Virus record (IMG/VR): IMGVR_UViG_3300035698_011402
DNA length: 33,623 bases
Strand: one strand, 5' to 3'
DNA from: a virus
Of the stretch, positions 16,613 through 24,991 are shown one piece after another; positions within the stretch are counted from its first letter, which is position 1, and each line of letters opens with the position of its first letter. The notes beneath the pieces were generated by a model. That model was not told the DNA's origin, did not search any database, and saw nothing but the letters and a program-made list of their open reading frames with translations. Position numbers and translations under genes: made by a program.

Positions 16613-17070
16613 TGGAAACAAAACAAGTAATCGTAATTAGAACTAAATACCCTCATCCCACGAAAGAGGGGGAATTCTTAAAACCAAGATCCGTAAAACT
16701 CATAGCCCAAGGGGCACATGCCTCCATGAAGGTGTTCTTTGACATGATGGAACATAGTTATGGATTACATACGGGTAAGAATGGCGGACAATATGAGTAT
16801 CGTTTAAGACTTCCCGAAGGGGAACTCGGTGACGCCATGAACGCATGGATGAATGATGAATTATTTACAAAAATAGTTGTATCGGTTAAATCCGAGGAAG
16901 AGCTATTAGACATTGTCGCTCAAGCAGAGAAACAAGGATTGCCATGTGCTTTGATTATTGATGCAGGAAAAACAGAATTTGATGGAGTTCCTACAAAAAC
17001 ATGTTGTGCTATTGGACCATGCAATGCAGAGCAAATTGACAAAATAACAGGGGAATTACCACTATTATGA
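16612..17070 (+). CDS. peptidyl-tRNA hydrolase, PTH2 family
   Basis: GTG start overlapping HNH stop (TAGTG); KQVIVIRTK...KLIAQGAHAS...IVVSVKSEEELLDIVAQAEKQGLPCALIIDAGKTEF...CCAIGPCNAEQIDKITGELPLL matches the PTH2 consensus over its whole length. Confidence 0.75.
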   Translation: METKQVIVIRTKYPHPTKEGEFLKPRSVKLIAQGAHASMKVFFDMMEHSYGLHTGKNGGQYEYRLRLPEGELGDAMNAWMNDELFTKIVVSVKSEEELLDIVAQAEKQGLPCALIIDAGKTEFDGVPTKTCCAIGPCNAEQIDKITGELPLL

Positions 17071-17543
17071 TAGTATGCAGATCTAACGAACCAATACTTG
17101 ATGTGTTGCATTTAGCCAAGACAACACATAGCATATTTTTAGCAGGACCAACACCAAGAGATGATAATGCCGATTCTTGGAGAATAGACGCCCTAAAGAT
17201 TCTTGACGAACTTAAATACGACGGAGCGGTATTCATACCAACACCTTTTGGAGAAGACTATTCGCAACAGGTTAATTGGGAAAAATGTGGGTTGGAATAT
17301 TCTTCCGTAATTTGTTTTTGGGTTCCAAGAATCAAATGGTCTATGCCGGGTCTTACCACAAACGTTGAATTTGGTCGCTATATAGAAAGCGGAAGAGTAT
17401 TGTATGGAAGACCTGACGACGCAGACGCGACAAGATATTTAGACTGGATGTACACAGACGTTACTGTTAGAATTCCTCATGATGATTTAGAGGTTCTACT
17501 AAGACAAGCAATTAGTTTCAATGAAAGTTCAATAGCTGTATAA
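17067..17543 (+). CDS. nucleoside 2-deoxyribosyltransferase-like protein
   Basis: SIFLAGP near the N-terminus and TTNVEFGRYIESG (conserved Glu) are typical of the NDT/Rcl fold. Confidence 0.5.
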   Translation: MIVCRSNEPILDVLHLAKTTHSIFLAGPTPRDDNADSWRIDALKILDELKYDGAVFIPTPFGEDYSQQVNWEKCGLEYSSVICFWVPRIKWSMPGLTTNVEFGRYIESGRVLYGRPDDADATRYLDWMYTDVTVRIPHDDLEVLLRQAISFNESSIAV

Positions 17544-17544
17544 T

Positions 17545-18195
17545 ATGATCATGAGATGGAAAGAAATAACTGAAGATAGCAGAAGTGCTATTTGGGAATC
17601 GAGCGAAGTTGATGGTGTAGTTTACGAGATACTTCCTAATCAATTCCATGAGTGGTCCGACCCTAACGGATTTATGTTACTCCGTATAGGGAGCGAACTG
17701 ACTATGGATGAGGGCTATCTCGGAATGGTCAACGATGAAGTTGGTATCTGTTGTGGAATTGGAATGGCTTGTGCTATGGGTCTTCCTGAACCATGCATAA
17801 ATCAAAAAGTGTCGGAACTTAAAAAATGGGCATTTACAGACAGACTGAATCTCAAGAACGGACTTCACAACATGTTTGTCGGAAAGTTATTTAGAAAAAC
17901 TCCATCCATAAGAGTACAAGAGTTGTTTGAAGAATATCCAGACAACCTAAAGGCTGATGGATTTGATGACTGTATTGTTGGCATCTGTACTCGTTTTGGT
18001 AGTGTAGACGTATTTGCATACGATAAAAACAAAATGCTTGAAAAACTCATGTCGGATGGCATGGGGACATACGAAGAAGCGGTTGAATATTTTGATTTCA
18101 ACATTGCGGGTGCTTGGGTTGGAGAAACCACGCCAGCTTACATCGAGGTAATAAATAAAATTCATGGAAAAAGAGTACGACATAAAAGAAGATGA
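17545..18195 (+). CDS. hypothetical protein
   Basis: 216-aa ORF. Confidence 0.55.
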   Translation: MIMRWKEITEDSRSAIWESSEVDGVVYEILPNQFHEWSDPNGFMLLRIGSELTMDEGYLGMVNDEVGICCGIGMACAMGLPEPCINQKVSELKKWAFTDRLNLKNGLHNMFVGKLFRKTPSIRVQELFEEYPDNLKADGFDDCIVGICTRFGSVDVFAYDKNKMLEKLMSDGMGTYEEAVEYFDFNIAGAWVGETTPAYIEVINKIHGKRVRHKRR

Positions 18196-18261
18196 ACTCA
18201 TCTCGCACTATCGCCCGTTCCACAAAATCACAGAAATGGAAGCAAACGGAGTTATTGCCAC

Positions 18262-18456
18262 TTGCTTGGATTCGTTCTAATGATAGATTATAAAACACAA
18301 TCAATTCGTTGTATATTTGGGTTTCATAGTTGGTTATATTGGAGAACCGATGCCAACTATAGATTTTGTACTCGTTGTGGTAAATGGCAGCATTTGGAGG
18401 CTTATTCAAATAGAACACAGGATTGGGTGGATTGCCAATCTCAAAAAAAGGAATAG
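18262..18456 (+). CDS. small Cys-containing protein
   Basis: ORF, CTRCGKWQH. Confidence 0.35.
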   Translation: MLGFVLMIDYKTQSIRCIFGFHSWLYWRTDANYRFCTRCGKWQHLEAYSNRTQDWVDCQSQKKE

Positions 18457-19142
18457 ATAAAATGTGGATGAAACATTACAAACTAAATGAATACGAGCAA
18501 AAACTACTTGATATGAGTGTCAAAGAGTTTGACGCTTACATGATGCAAACATATCCTAGAATGTTTGCTCTTAGAAATCATGAACATATTGATAAAGAAG
18601 GACGAAAAATCATCCTTCCTATGAATTTTGGCTTTGCAATAGGTTGTGGATGGAGACATGTGTTAGATTCAGCTTGTCGAAAATGTAAAGCTATTTCTGA
18701 AAATTCAGGATACACACCTGTATTTGACCAGATCAAAGAGAAATTTGGATCTGCAAGATTCTACTTCCATGTTGAAGAATGGGAAAAAAGAGAAAGCCCA
18801 TTAAGCAAGGAGTGGGGAGACCTCATTGACGACACTATTACCCAAGCCGAAGAATATACTGAATATGTTTGCGAACGCCTAGGCACTAATGTACGAGAGG
18901 AAGACAAAGTCGGGAGTTCAGGGTGGACCTACGGGATGTCAATGGACGGGTTTAAACTTTGGGCTGTTGAATCTTGGGGCGAAGAAGATGGGCAAAGAAG
19001 AATTGAAGCCTGCAAAAAGGCGACAGAGATCAAAAAGATAAAATATGACCTTATACACAAAGTAAGGTATCTCACTAGCGAAGAAATTCCTGAGGTACTT
19101 GAACTTGTAAATAAAACAATAGATAATCGAAGGAACGCTTAA
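18423..19142 (+). CDS. hypothetical protein
   Basis: 239-aa ORF. Confidence 0.55.
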   Translation: MGGLPISKKGIDKMWMKHYKLNEYEQKLLDMSVKEFDAYMMQTYPRMFALRNHEHIDKEGRKIILPMNFGFAIGCGWRHVLDSACRKCKAISENSGYTPVFDQIKEKFGSARFYFHVEEWEKRESPLSKEWGDLIDDTITQAEEYTEYVCERLGTNVREEDKVGSSGWTYGMSMDGFKLWAVESWGEEDGQRRIEACKKATEIKKIKYDLIHKVRYLTSEEIPEVLELVNKTIDNRRNA

Positions 19143-19145
19143 TAG

Positions 19146-19859
19146 TTGAATTTGGAGCCGACAATGCCACGAAAGAAATTAGAAAACATGTCCATAAAAG
19201 AGCTTGAAGCATTAATGGCTCAAGTAGAGGACGAACGAAATCTGCTCTTTGCAAAGATCGAGCCTCTTCAGGGAAAAGCTGTGAAACTTTATGAAAAAAT
19301 TGAGAGACTTAAATCTAGAACCGACAAATTACGTATCTCTAAGTTTGGTAAAGGCAATAAGGTAGACTGGAAATGGTTGCTCATGGTTAGAGAGAATGGG
19401 GTCGAGAACTCTAGCGAAAAACATCAAAAACGTATGGATGAGCTACGTGAACTCGGGCTCAAGGATGGCGGGTTCTTTCCTGATACTAATCAATCACAAA
19501 TCGAAGTCAAGTTGATAAAAGGTGACCCATCTTCTTTAAAGCAAACGCAGAAAAGCTTAAAAAAGCTTCTACCCCACATAAAACCTCTGCCCGAAGATGG
19601 CTTTAAGCATATTGGCATTTTTGAACGTTCATTGGCGGCAAATGGTGTGTACGGCATAAAAATAAATGAAGAAAAATCTCATTATGAAATTTTTACGTCT
19701 GTTTATCGTAGAGTTTCTATACTTAAAAAGTTTAAAACACTAAACGAATTGCTCGTTTATGTGCAAGAGAATATATGGTATGAAAGCAAATGTCCCGAAG
19801 ACGCCTATCAAGGATACGATTTTGATGACAAGGACTATGATGGTGACAATTATTGGTGA
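19146..19859 (+). CDS. hypothetical protein (N-terminal coiled coil)
   Basis: 237-aa ORF. Confidence 0.55.
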   Translation: MNLEPTMPRKKLENMSIKELEALMAQVEDERNLLFAKIEPLQGKAVKLYEKIERLKSRTDKLRISKFGKGNKVDWKWLLMVRENGVENSSEKHQKRMDELRELGLKDGGFFPDTNQSQIEVKLIKGDPSSLKQTQKSLKKLLPHIKPLPEDGFKHIGIFERSLAANGVYGIKINEEKSHYEIFTSVYRRVSILKKFKTLNELLVYVQENIWYESKCPEDAYQGYDFDDKDYDGDNYW

Positions 19860-20038
19860 CAAAAAGGATTAAGCATCCTAAAATAGGAATCAATAAGTTA
19901 TGCATCATGAGCATAACGCTTAGTGGAGGAAAGAATCCTATTAACCTGAATCAGGTCCAATAATACATAAGCCGTCCGCATTGTTCATTGATCTATTTTT
20001 GTCCTAACCTACTTGATTCCTATATTGAAAGGGGCAAA

Positions 20039-20236
20039 ATGACCTTATCCAAACTTACTCAAACAGTAGCCGAATTATCACTCATACTTAAGGGAAAATA
20101 CAGTTTAACTCAACGATGTTCCATCGTAATTGAGGATGTACTTCTCGGTATGACATCTGAGGGCATGGAATTAGAGCAAGCTCATATTTATGTAGACGAT
20201 CTTCTTGGTAATATTGAATTTGACGGAGGATCTTAA
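20039..20236 (+). CDS. hypothetical small protein
   Basis: Start moved to ATG 20039 with AAAGGGG RBS; possible TTGTCC-16-TATATT promoter at about 19996-20023. Confidence 0.5.
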   Translation: MTLSKLTQTVAELSLILKGKYSLTQRCSIVIEDVLLGMTSEGMELEQAHIYVDDLLGNIEFDGGS

Positions 20237-20248
20237 TGGATACTACAA

Positions 20249-20482
20249 ATGAATACTATAAAGATAGATTTACATGGAATTAGACATGAAATGGCCCGAA
20301 ATCAAACGATTAGGGCTATTGAGGATAATTTGAATGGTAACACCCCTCTAGATTTCATAACGGGGCACAGCGATAAGATGAAGGCTATTGTATCCGAAGT
20401 CTTGAATGAGTATGGGCTAGAATTTCAAGAGGGGGATTTTAGCGGCATCAACACAGGGTATATTAGAGTACATCTTGCGTAA
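20249..20482 (+). CDS. Smr-domain protein (small MutS-related nuclease domain)
   Basis: IDLHGIRHEMA...TPLDFITGHS matches the Smr core (LDLHG...EA...IIHGKG). Confidence 0.6.
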   Translation: MNTIKIDLHGIRHEMARNQTIRAIEDNLNGNTPLDFITGHSDKMKAIVSEVLNEYGLEFQEGDFSGINTGYIRVHLA

Positions 20483-20999
20483 ATATTTTACGGTACCGCT
20501 TTTAAAAATCCTGTATAATAGGTTCATGAAACGATTTAAAGACAATGTTACTAAAGAGGTCTTCGAAGACTATGAGACCTATTTACAATCGAAAGGTTGG
20601 GGGGTACGAACATCGAAGTGGAAGCATCAACATAAAATGTCATGTGCTGCTTGCTCCAAAAGAAACCTTAATCGTCATAATTACACCTTTCAACATTTGA
20701 ATACGACTCGACTAGGACATGAGAAGCTGTCCGATATATGTGTGATATGTAATGACTGTCATTCTTTGTTAGAAGGCACTCCATGGAGAGAAAGAATAAT
20801 TAATTCTCGCTCTAGACGAAAAAGAGTTACCAAGAGTCTTACAAAGCAAGCTGTATCTGAATATACAGGGCAAAGGACAGCTCTTATTTCGCAAGTAAAC
20901 AAATTAGTTAAGCAGAATAACCCCGAACATGAAGTAGTTATTACGAAGCTTAAAAAACAAGATTTTCAAGAATGTATTAAAATAGTAATTCGAAAATAG
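20475..20999 (+). CDS. probable HNH endonuclease
   Basis: CAACS...RHNYTFQHLNTTRLGHEKLSDICVICNDCHS HNH-like Cys/His/Asn spacing; start uncertain (20475 or 20526 downstream of extended -10 TGTATAAT at 20512-20519). Confidence 0.5.
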   Translation: MRKYFTVPLLKILYNRFMKRFKDNVTKEVFEDYETYLQSKGWGVRTSKWKHQHKMSCAACSKRNLNRHNYTFQHLNTTRLGHEKLSDICVICNDCHSLLEGTPWRERIINSRSRRKRVTKSLTKQAVSEYTGQRTALISQVNKLVKQNNPEHEVVITKLKKQDFQECIKIVIRK

Positions 21000-21399
21000 G
21001 TTGATACGAATCGGAGATAGAGGTTTCATCGGAAATTTAGTAAGGTGACCCCATTGGGGGATAGAAGAAAATCCGCTCCGTAAAAACAACACAAAACGAT
21101 GGATAGCTGAAATAGGCTAGTACCGCTGGAAGTCCATTATGGACTAGTATGTATGGCAACAGACATATGACGGGGAATAGAGCCCTTGCACTTACCGGCC
21201 AACCGTAGTGCGACAAACCTATGTCAAGCTCTTTACCTCCTTTAATAGGGGAGGATTGGTGTCTCTTCATGCTAAAGTATGCTAAAGTATATAAAGAGTA
21301 TGATTACTCGATTATGAATTTAATAGCTTGCTAATCCGGTACCATAAGTATACAATGTCTTCTGTTAATGAGTTATGTATAGAGTAAATGTAGTAAAGG

Positions 21400-21813
21400 A
21401 TGATTATGAAAAGATATAAAGTCAAAGAAGGAATACCTGTTGAGATTTGTAATAGTTATGGACAAGTTACTATATCTATAGGAAAAAATGGTTATGCATG
21501 TGGACTTGAAGCAAAGCTAGATAAAAACGTTGCTATTGAAATCAATGACTTGGGAATTAAAGTAACTGGTGGAAAACGAATATCCGAAGGAGTATTTAAA
21601 CCATACGATCTAAAGATGGAAGAACTGTATGAATATGTTCATACAAAAAAAGCTGTAAGATTTAAAATGTATAGAACTTTTAAGTTTTGGAATTGGTGGA
21701 AAACAGAAGACATTGTTGATTCTTGGTTATTATGTAAAGAACGAATTCCGTATACGTTCTTCGCAACAAAATATTTTCTTCAGATGAAAAGTGAGTTAGT
21801 AGAGGAATACTAA
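21400..21813 (+). CDS. hypothetical protein
   Basis: ORF with AAAGGATGATTATG RBS. Confidence 0.55.
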   Translation: MIMKRYKVKEGIPVEICNSYGQVTISIGKNGYACGLEAKLDKNVAIEINDLGIKVTGGKRISEGVFKPYDLKMEELYEYVHTKKAVRFKMYRTFKFWNWWKTEDIVDSWLLCKERIPYTFFATKYFLQMKSELVEEY

Positions 21814-22253
21814 TGTTAAGCGAATCTTTTAAAAAACGAATTAGTAAGAAGCTGAGTTACATCCTTCGTCATGACCCTGCCTCAGCTAATATTGAACTTG
21901 ATGCAAATGGTTGGGCAGATACTAATGCCATTCTTCGTGCCTTAAAGGTTTCTCCTGCGGAACTTGTCGAAGTTGTTGAAACAAACGACAAACAGCGGTT
22001 TGCTTTTGATGACTCTAAAAACGGTATAAGGGCTAGTCAAGGACACTCTATTGAAGTAGATTTAGATTTACCTGAGGCTTGCCCCCCAATTGTTCTATTT
22101 CATGGTACTGCCGACAAGAATATCAAGGTTATTAAGGAAGAAGGTCTAAAATCCATGAATCGTCAGCATGTGCATCTATCTGATGACCCTTCGACTGCTA
22201 CGAATGTTGGCTCTCGTCACGGAAATCCTGTTGTCATGATTATTGATGCATGA
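21813..22253 (+). CDS. kptA: RNA 2'-phosphotransferase, Tpt1/KptA family
   Basis: LSKKLSYILRHDPASANIELDANGWADTNAIL...RASQGHSIEVDLDL...LFHGTADKNIKVIKEEGLKSMNRQHVHLS carries the diagnostic Tpt1 motifs (SK.LS..LRH, GW, SQGHS, HGT, R.HVHL). Confidence 0.75.
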   Translation: MLSESFKKRISKKLSYILRHDPASANIELDANGWADTNAILRALKVSPAELVEVVETNDKQRFAFDDSKNGIRASQGHSIEVDLDLPEACPPIVLFHGTADKNIKVIKEEGLKSMNRQHVHLSDDPSTATNVGSRHGNPVVMIIDA

Positions 22254-22256
22254 AAA

Positions 22257-22748
22257 ATGGAATTAGATGGCTATAATTTTTACTACTCAGAGAATGGTGT
22301 TTGGTTAACGGACAAAGTTCCGGTTGAATATATTCGAGTTTTTGATATGAATGATGTTTCAGAGAATGATTGGGGTAGCGATGATAAAGATATTGTCATT
22401 CCTAATATATCCGATTCATCTTTAGAAATTCTCTATAGCCGTATTAAACCAGTTATTAGTGAAAAAAATGTACTGTACTATATTGAAGATGTAGACACTC
22501 GTTCTATTGCTTTTACGTGGAGTCCTGAAAAAACAACAGAAGCTCATGGCTTGGAAAAGGTATGCGAAATTACTACGTATCATGAATGGGCTTACTATGG
22601 ATTCTTTAAGCCTTCTATTGCAGAAGTTATGTGTCAGATCCCTGCTCATTATTTAGACACGATAAAAGCTTTTCAAACAGTCTGCACACTTGACCCTGAC
22701 TGCATTGTTTGTAGTTGCCATAAGGCTATAACTACACTATATAAATGA
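22257..22748 (+). CDS. hypothetical protein
   Basis: ORF. Confidence 0.5.
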   Translation: MELDGYNFYYSENGVWLTDKVPVEYIRVFDMNDVSENDWGSDDKDIVIPNISDSSLEILYSRIKPVISEKNVLYYIEDVDTRSIAFTWSPEKTTEAHGLEKVCEITTYHEWAYYGFFKPSIAEVMCQIPAHYLDTIKAFQTVCTLDPDCIVCSCHKAITTLYK

Positions 22749-23221
22749 AAATAGATTACATACCATGCGAAGTGATGAAGAGCTTTGAAGACAAACCATT
22801 GTCTCTAAAGTCTATGGAGGGGTTTGTTGCCCGAGTTGGAGGCAAGGGATTTAAAATTAGATTTACATATGATGACAGTCAAACGTCATATGTTGCCTAT
22901 ACTTATGAAACAGAAGATAAAACAGTTTATGTGAACGTTTATTGGCTACCTCATCTTAAGGTTGAAACGCTCAGGGCAGGATTAGCTCATGAAATTGGTC
23001 ACTGTCATGTTAGCAGTAAACAAGGCAGAGCAAAGTATGAGTATGCTGCAAACAAGTGGGCTATTGACCGAATGGAAGTTTTAGGATATAGTCGGGTAAG
23101 AAAACGTCTTATAAAAGCTTTTGTAGAGTGGGGAGTTCTTCCTAATAGCAGGTATGAAAAGAAAGCAATGAAACATTACTATAAGGCTTACGAAATAGCG
23201 AAGAAGAATGGGGATATATAG
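22745..23221 (+). CDS. putative zinc metallopeptidase (HExxH)
   Basis: LAHEIGHCH motif followed by EYAANKWA, similar to ImmA/IrrE-type HExxH domains. Confidence 0.5.
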   Translation: MKIDYIPCEVMKSFEDKPLSLKSMEGFVARVGGKGFKIRFTYDDSQTSYVAYTYETEDKTVYVNVYWLPHLKVETLRAGLAHEIGHCHVSSKQGRAKYEYAANKWAIDRMEVLGYSRVRKRLIKAFVEWGVLPNSRYEKKAMKHYYKAYEIAKKNGDI

Positions 23222-23466
23222 TGAAAGAATTAGAAAGACCATTTGAAGTAGTTAATTGGGCTGGGGCTGGACAAGAACTTACTGCGTTAGGATATGAACC
23301 GACGGACGAAGTCGGTTCGATTACTCACAAGCATGACGAAACGAAAACTATTTGGGAAGTAGCTAAAGATCTCTATGATAATGGATTAAATGTAATGATT
23401 GTACACCGTGGTAGTGAAGAGTGTGATCTCTTGGCTGTAGATTATAGAAGATTCGGACAAATATAA
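23221..23466 (+). CDS. hypothetical protein (GTG start)
   Basis: ORF overlapping previous stop (TAGTG). Confidence 0.45.
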   Translation: MKELERPFEVVNWAGAGQELTALGYEPTDEVGSITHKHDETKTIWEVAKDLYDNGLNVMIVHRGSEECDLLAVDYRRFGQI

Positions 23467-23469
23467 CAC

Positions 23470-23970
23470 ATGGACAAACTCAATCAAATATTTTTCTTAT
23501 TGATCGCAAAAGACCGAATAGAAACTCCAGAGGGGTTATATAATGAACTGAGTAAATTAATGACAAATGATTTATTCGGGTTAATGGGTGATGATTGGGA
23601 CATTGCAAGAGTTAATGCTGAAAAGCCTCATATGCAAAATGCATTAAGTGATGTTGCATATTTAATGACAGCAAAATGCATAGACCATCGGCTTGCAAAA
23701 ATGATTCTTTCAGAAGCTTGGGACACAGACCAATATGTTTGGGATCTTTATCGGTATTTGAAAGACTCTAAGATATTGGAAGAAAAAGACGGTAATGAGT
23801 TAGATGAAATTCTATCTAAAGTGTTTTCCGAAAACGAAAAAGCCGTTCAAGATATTAAAGACGGTAAAAAGAAAGCAGTTGGTTCGTTAATAGGTCAGGT
23901 TATGAGATTGTCGGAAGGCAAGGCTGACCCAAAAGTGATTAGTAAAAGAATTCTTGAGTTATTGAAGTGA
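23470..23970 (+). CDS. GatB/YqeY-domain protein
   Basis: C-terminus KKAVGSLIGQVMRLSEGKADPKVISKRILELL matches the GatB/YqeY C-terminal helical domain signature. Confidence 0.6.
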   Translation: MDKLNQIFFLLIAKDRIETPEGLYNELSKLMTNDLFGLMGDDWDIARVNAEKPHMQNALSDVAYLMTAKCIDHRLAKMILSEAWDTDQYVWDLYRYLKDSKILEEKDGNELDEILSKVFSENEKAVQDIKDGKKKAVGSLIGQVMRLSEGKADPKVISKRILELLK

Positions 23971-23980
23971 GGAAGTCACA

Positions 23981-24226
23981 ATGAGAAGAATACCATCGGC
24001 TACATTTAAGCTCAAACCTAACGATAAATTGTATGGTTATTCAGCAATCACATATGAGGGTAAATTTGTATATGGATCAACACTTGGTGAATCTGTTGAA
24101 GAAGTTACATTAGACCTACGTAAGCATCAATATGAGATCCGAAACATTACTGAGACAATGAATCATGCAGAGTTGCTTGCATACATGTCCCGTATTACTC
24201 CATTATTCCAACGTTGTCCTAAATAA
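23981..24226 (+). CDS. hypothetical protein
   Basis: ORF with GAGGAAGTCACAATG RBS. Confidence 0.5.
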   Translation: MRRIPSATFKLKPNDKLYGYSAITYEGKFVYGSTLGESVEEVTLDLRKHQYEIRNITETMNHAELLAYMSRITPLFQRCPK

Positions 24227-24236
24227 GGAAAGTAAA

Positions 24237-24602
24237 ATGAGTTCAATAACAATTAATGGTAAAACAATTCAGGCAGATGGCCCCATAAGTATTATTAATG
24301 GCAAAATTGTTTATGGAGATAATGTCATAGACGGTAATATAGGAATGGATGTTCCTATTGAGATTATAGGTGATATACATGGCGACTTCAAAACAGATAG
24401 AAATGTCAATATCCAAGGGAATGTAGACGGAAATGCCGATGCGGGAGGAAGTATTACCTGCAATGATGTCGGAAAAGATGCTGATGCAGGCGGTAGTCTT
24501 CGTTGTGGAGATATTGGTGGAGATGCTGATGCAGGAGGTAGTCTTCGTTGTGGTAAAGTAGGCGGTAGCGTTGATGCGGGAGGAAGTGTTCGTCATGGGT
24601 AA
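24237..24602 (+). CDS. bactofilin-like beta-helical repeat protein
   Basis: Start at ATG 24237 (AAGGAAAGTAAAATG); repeats G-D-[IV]-G-G-D-A-D-A-G-G-S-[LV]-R-C-G encoded by about 39-nt tandem DNA repeats 24440-24600, resembling bactofilin/polymer-forming repeat proteins. Confidence 0.5.
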   Translation: MSSITINGKTIQADGPISIINGKIVYGDNVIDGNIGMDVPIEIIGDIHGDFKTDRNVNIQGNVDGNADAGGSITCNDVGKDADAGGSLRCGDIGGDADAGGSLRCGKVGGSVDAGGSVRHG

Positions 24603-24960
24603 ATCAAGAATGGAAAGTGGAGTTTTCGTCCAAGACGATAAAGCTTGGACATTTCAAAAGATGTTTGAAGATAGTTACAATGGTAAATTTACTTTGCGTG
24701 AAGTTCTTGAACATCTTAAAGCATTACCTGACGAAGATTTAGATCTACCTATTATTGGGTATAGCTCGGATGAAGGATGTTTTGGACCACGTACTCCTAG
24801 TTTCGAAAAAGTGATTCTTGTTAATTGTAAAGCTTCTGATAGTAAATATCCTATTGTGATTATAGAAGACGAACTAGATATGCATCAAGACTACGCTAAA
24901 CATTTGGGTGCAGAATTTGAAGTTTTAGAAAAATTGGATGCAATTGAAATTATTTCTTGA
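24571..24960 (+). CDS. hypothetical protein
   Basis: ORF overlapping the previous gene end. Confidence 0.45.
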   Translation: MMREEVFVMGKSRMESGVFVQDDKAWTFQKMFEDSYNGKFTLREVLEHLKALPDEDLDLPIIGYSSDEGCFGPRTPSFEKVILVNCKASDSKYPIVIIEDELDMHQDYAKHLGAEFEVLEKLDAIEIIS

Positions 24961-24984
24961 TTTTATGAATATGTATAGTATAAT
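24957..24984 (+). promoter_or_regulatory. sigma70-type promoter TTGATT-16-TATAAT driving the downstream structured RNA
   Basis: -35 at 24957-24962, perfect -10 at 24979-24984, 16-nt spacer; no ORF follows for about 370 nt. Confidence 0.55.
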
Positions 24985-24991
24985 GAGGACT

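Noticed and set aside
24440-24600. Possible CRISPR array suggested by the tandem repeats at 24440-24600, 33200-33500, 8680-8757 and 26286-26353
   Set aside because: All are contiguous tandem repeats without unique spacers. Two of them lie inside ORFs and encode peptide repeats. There are no cas genes.
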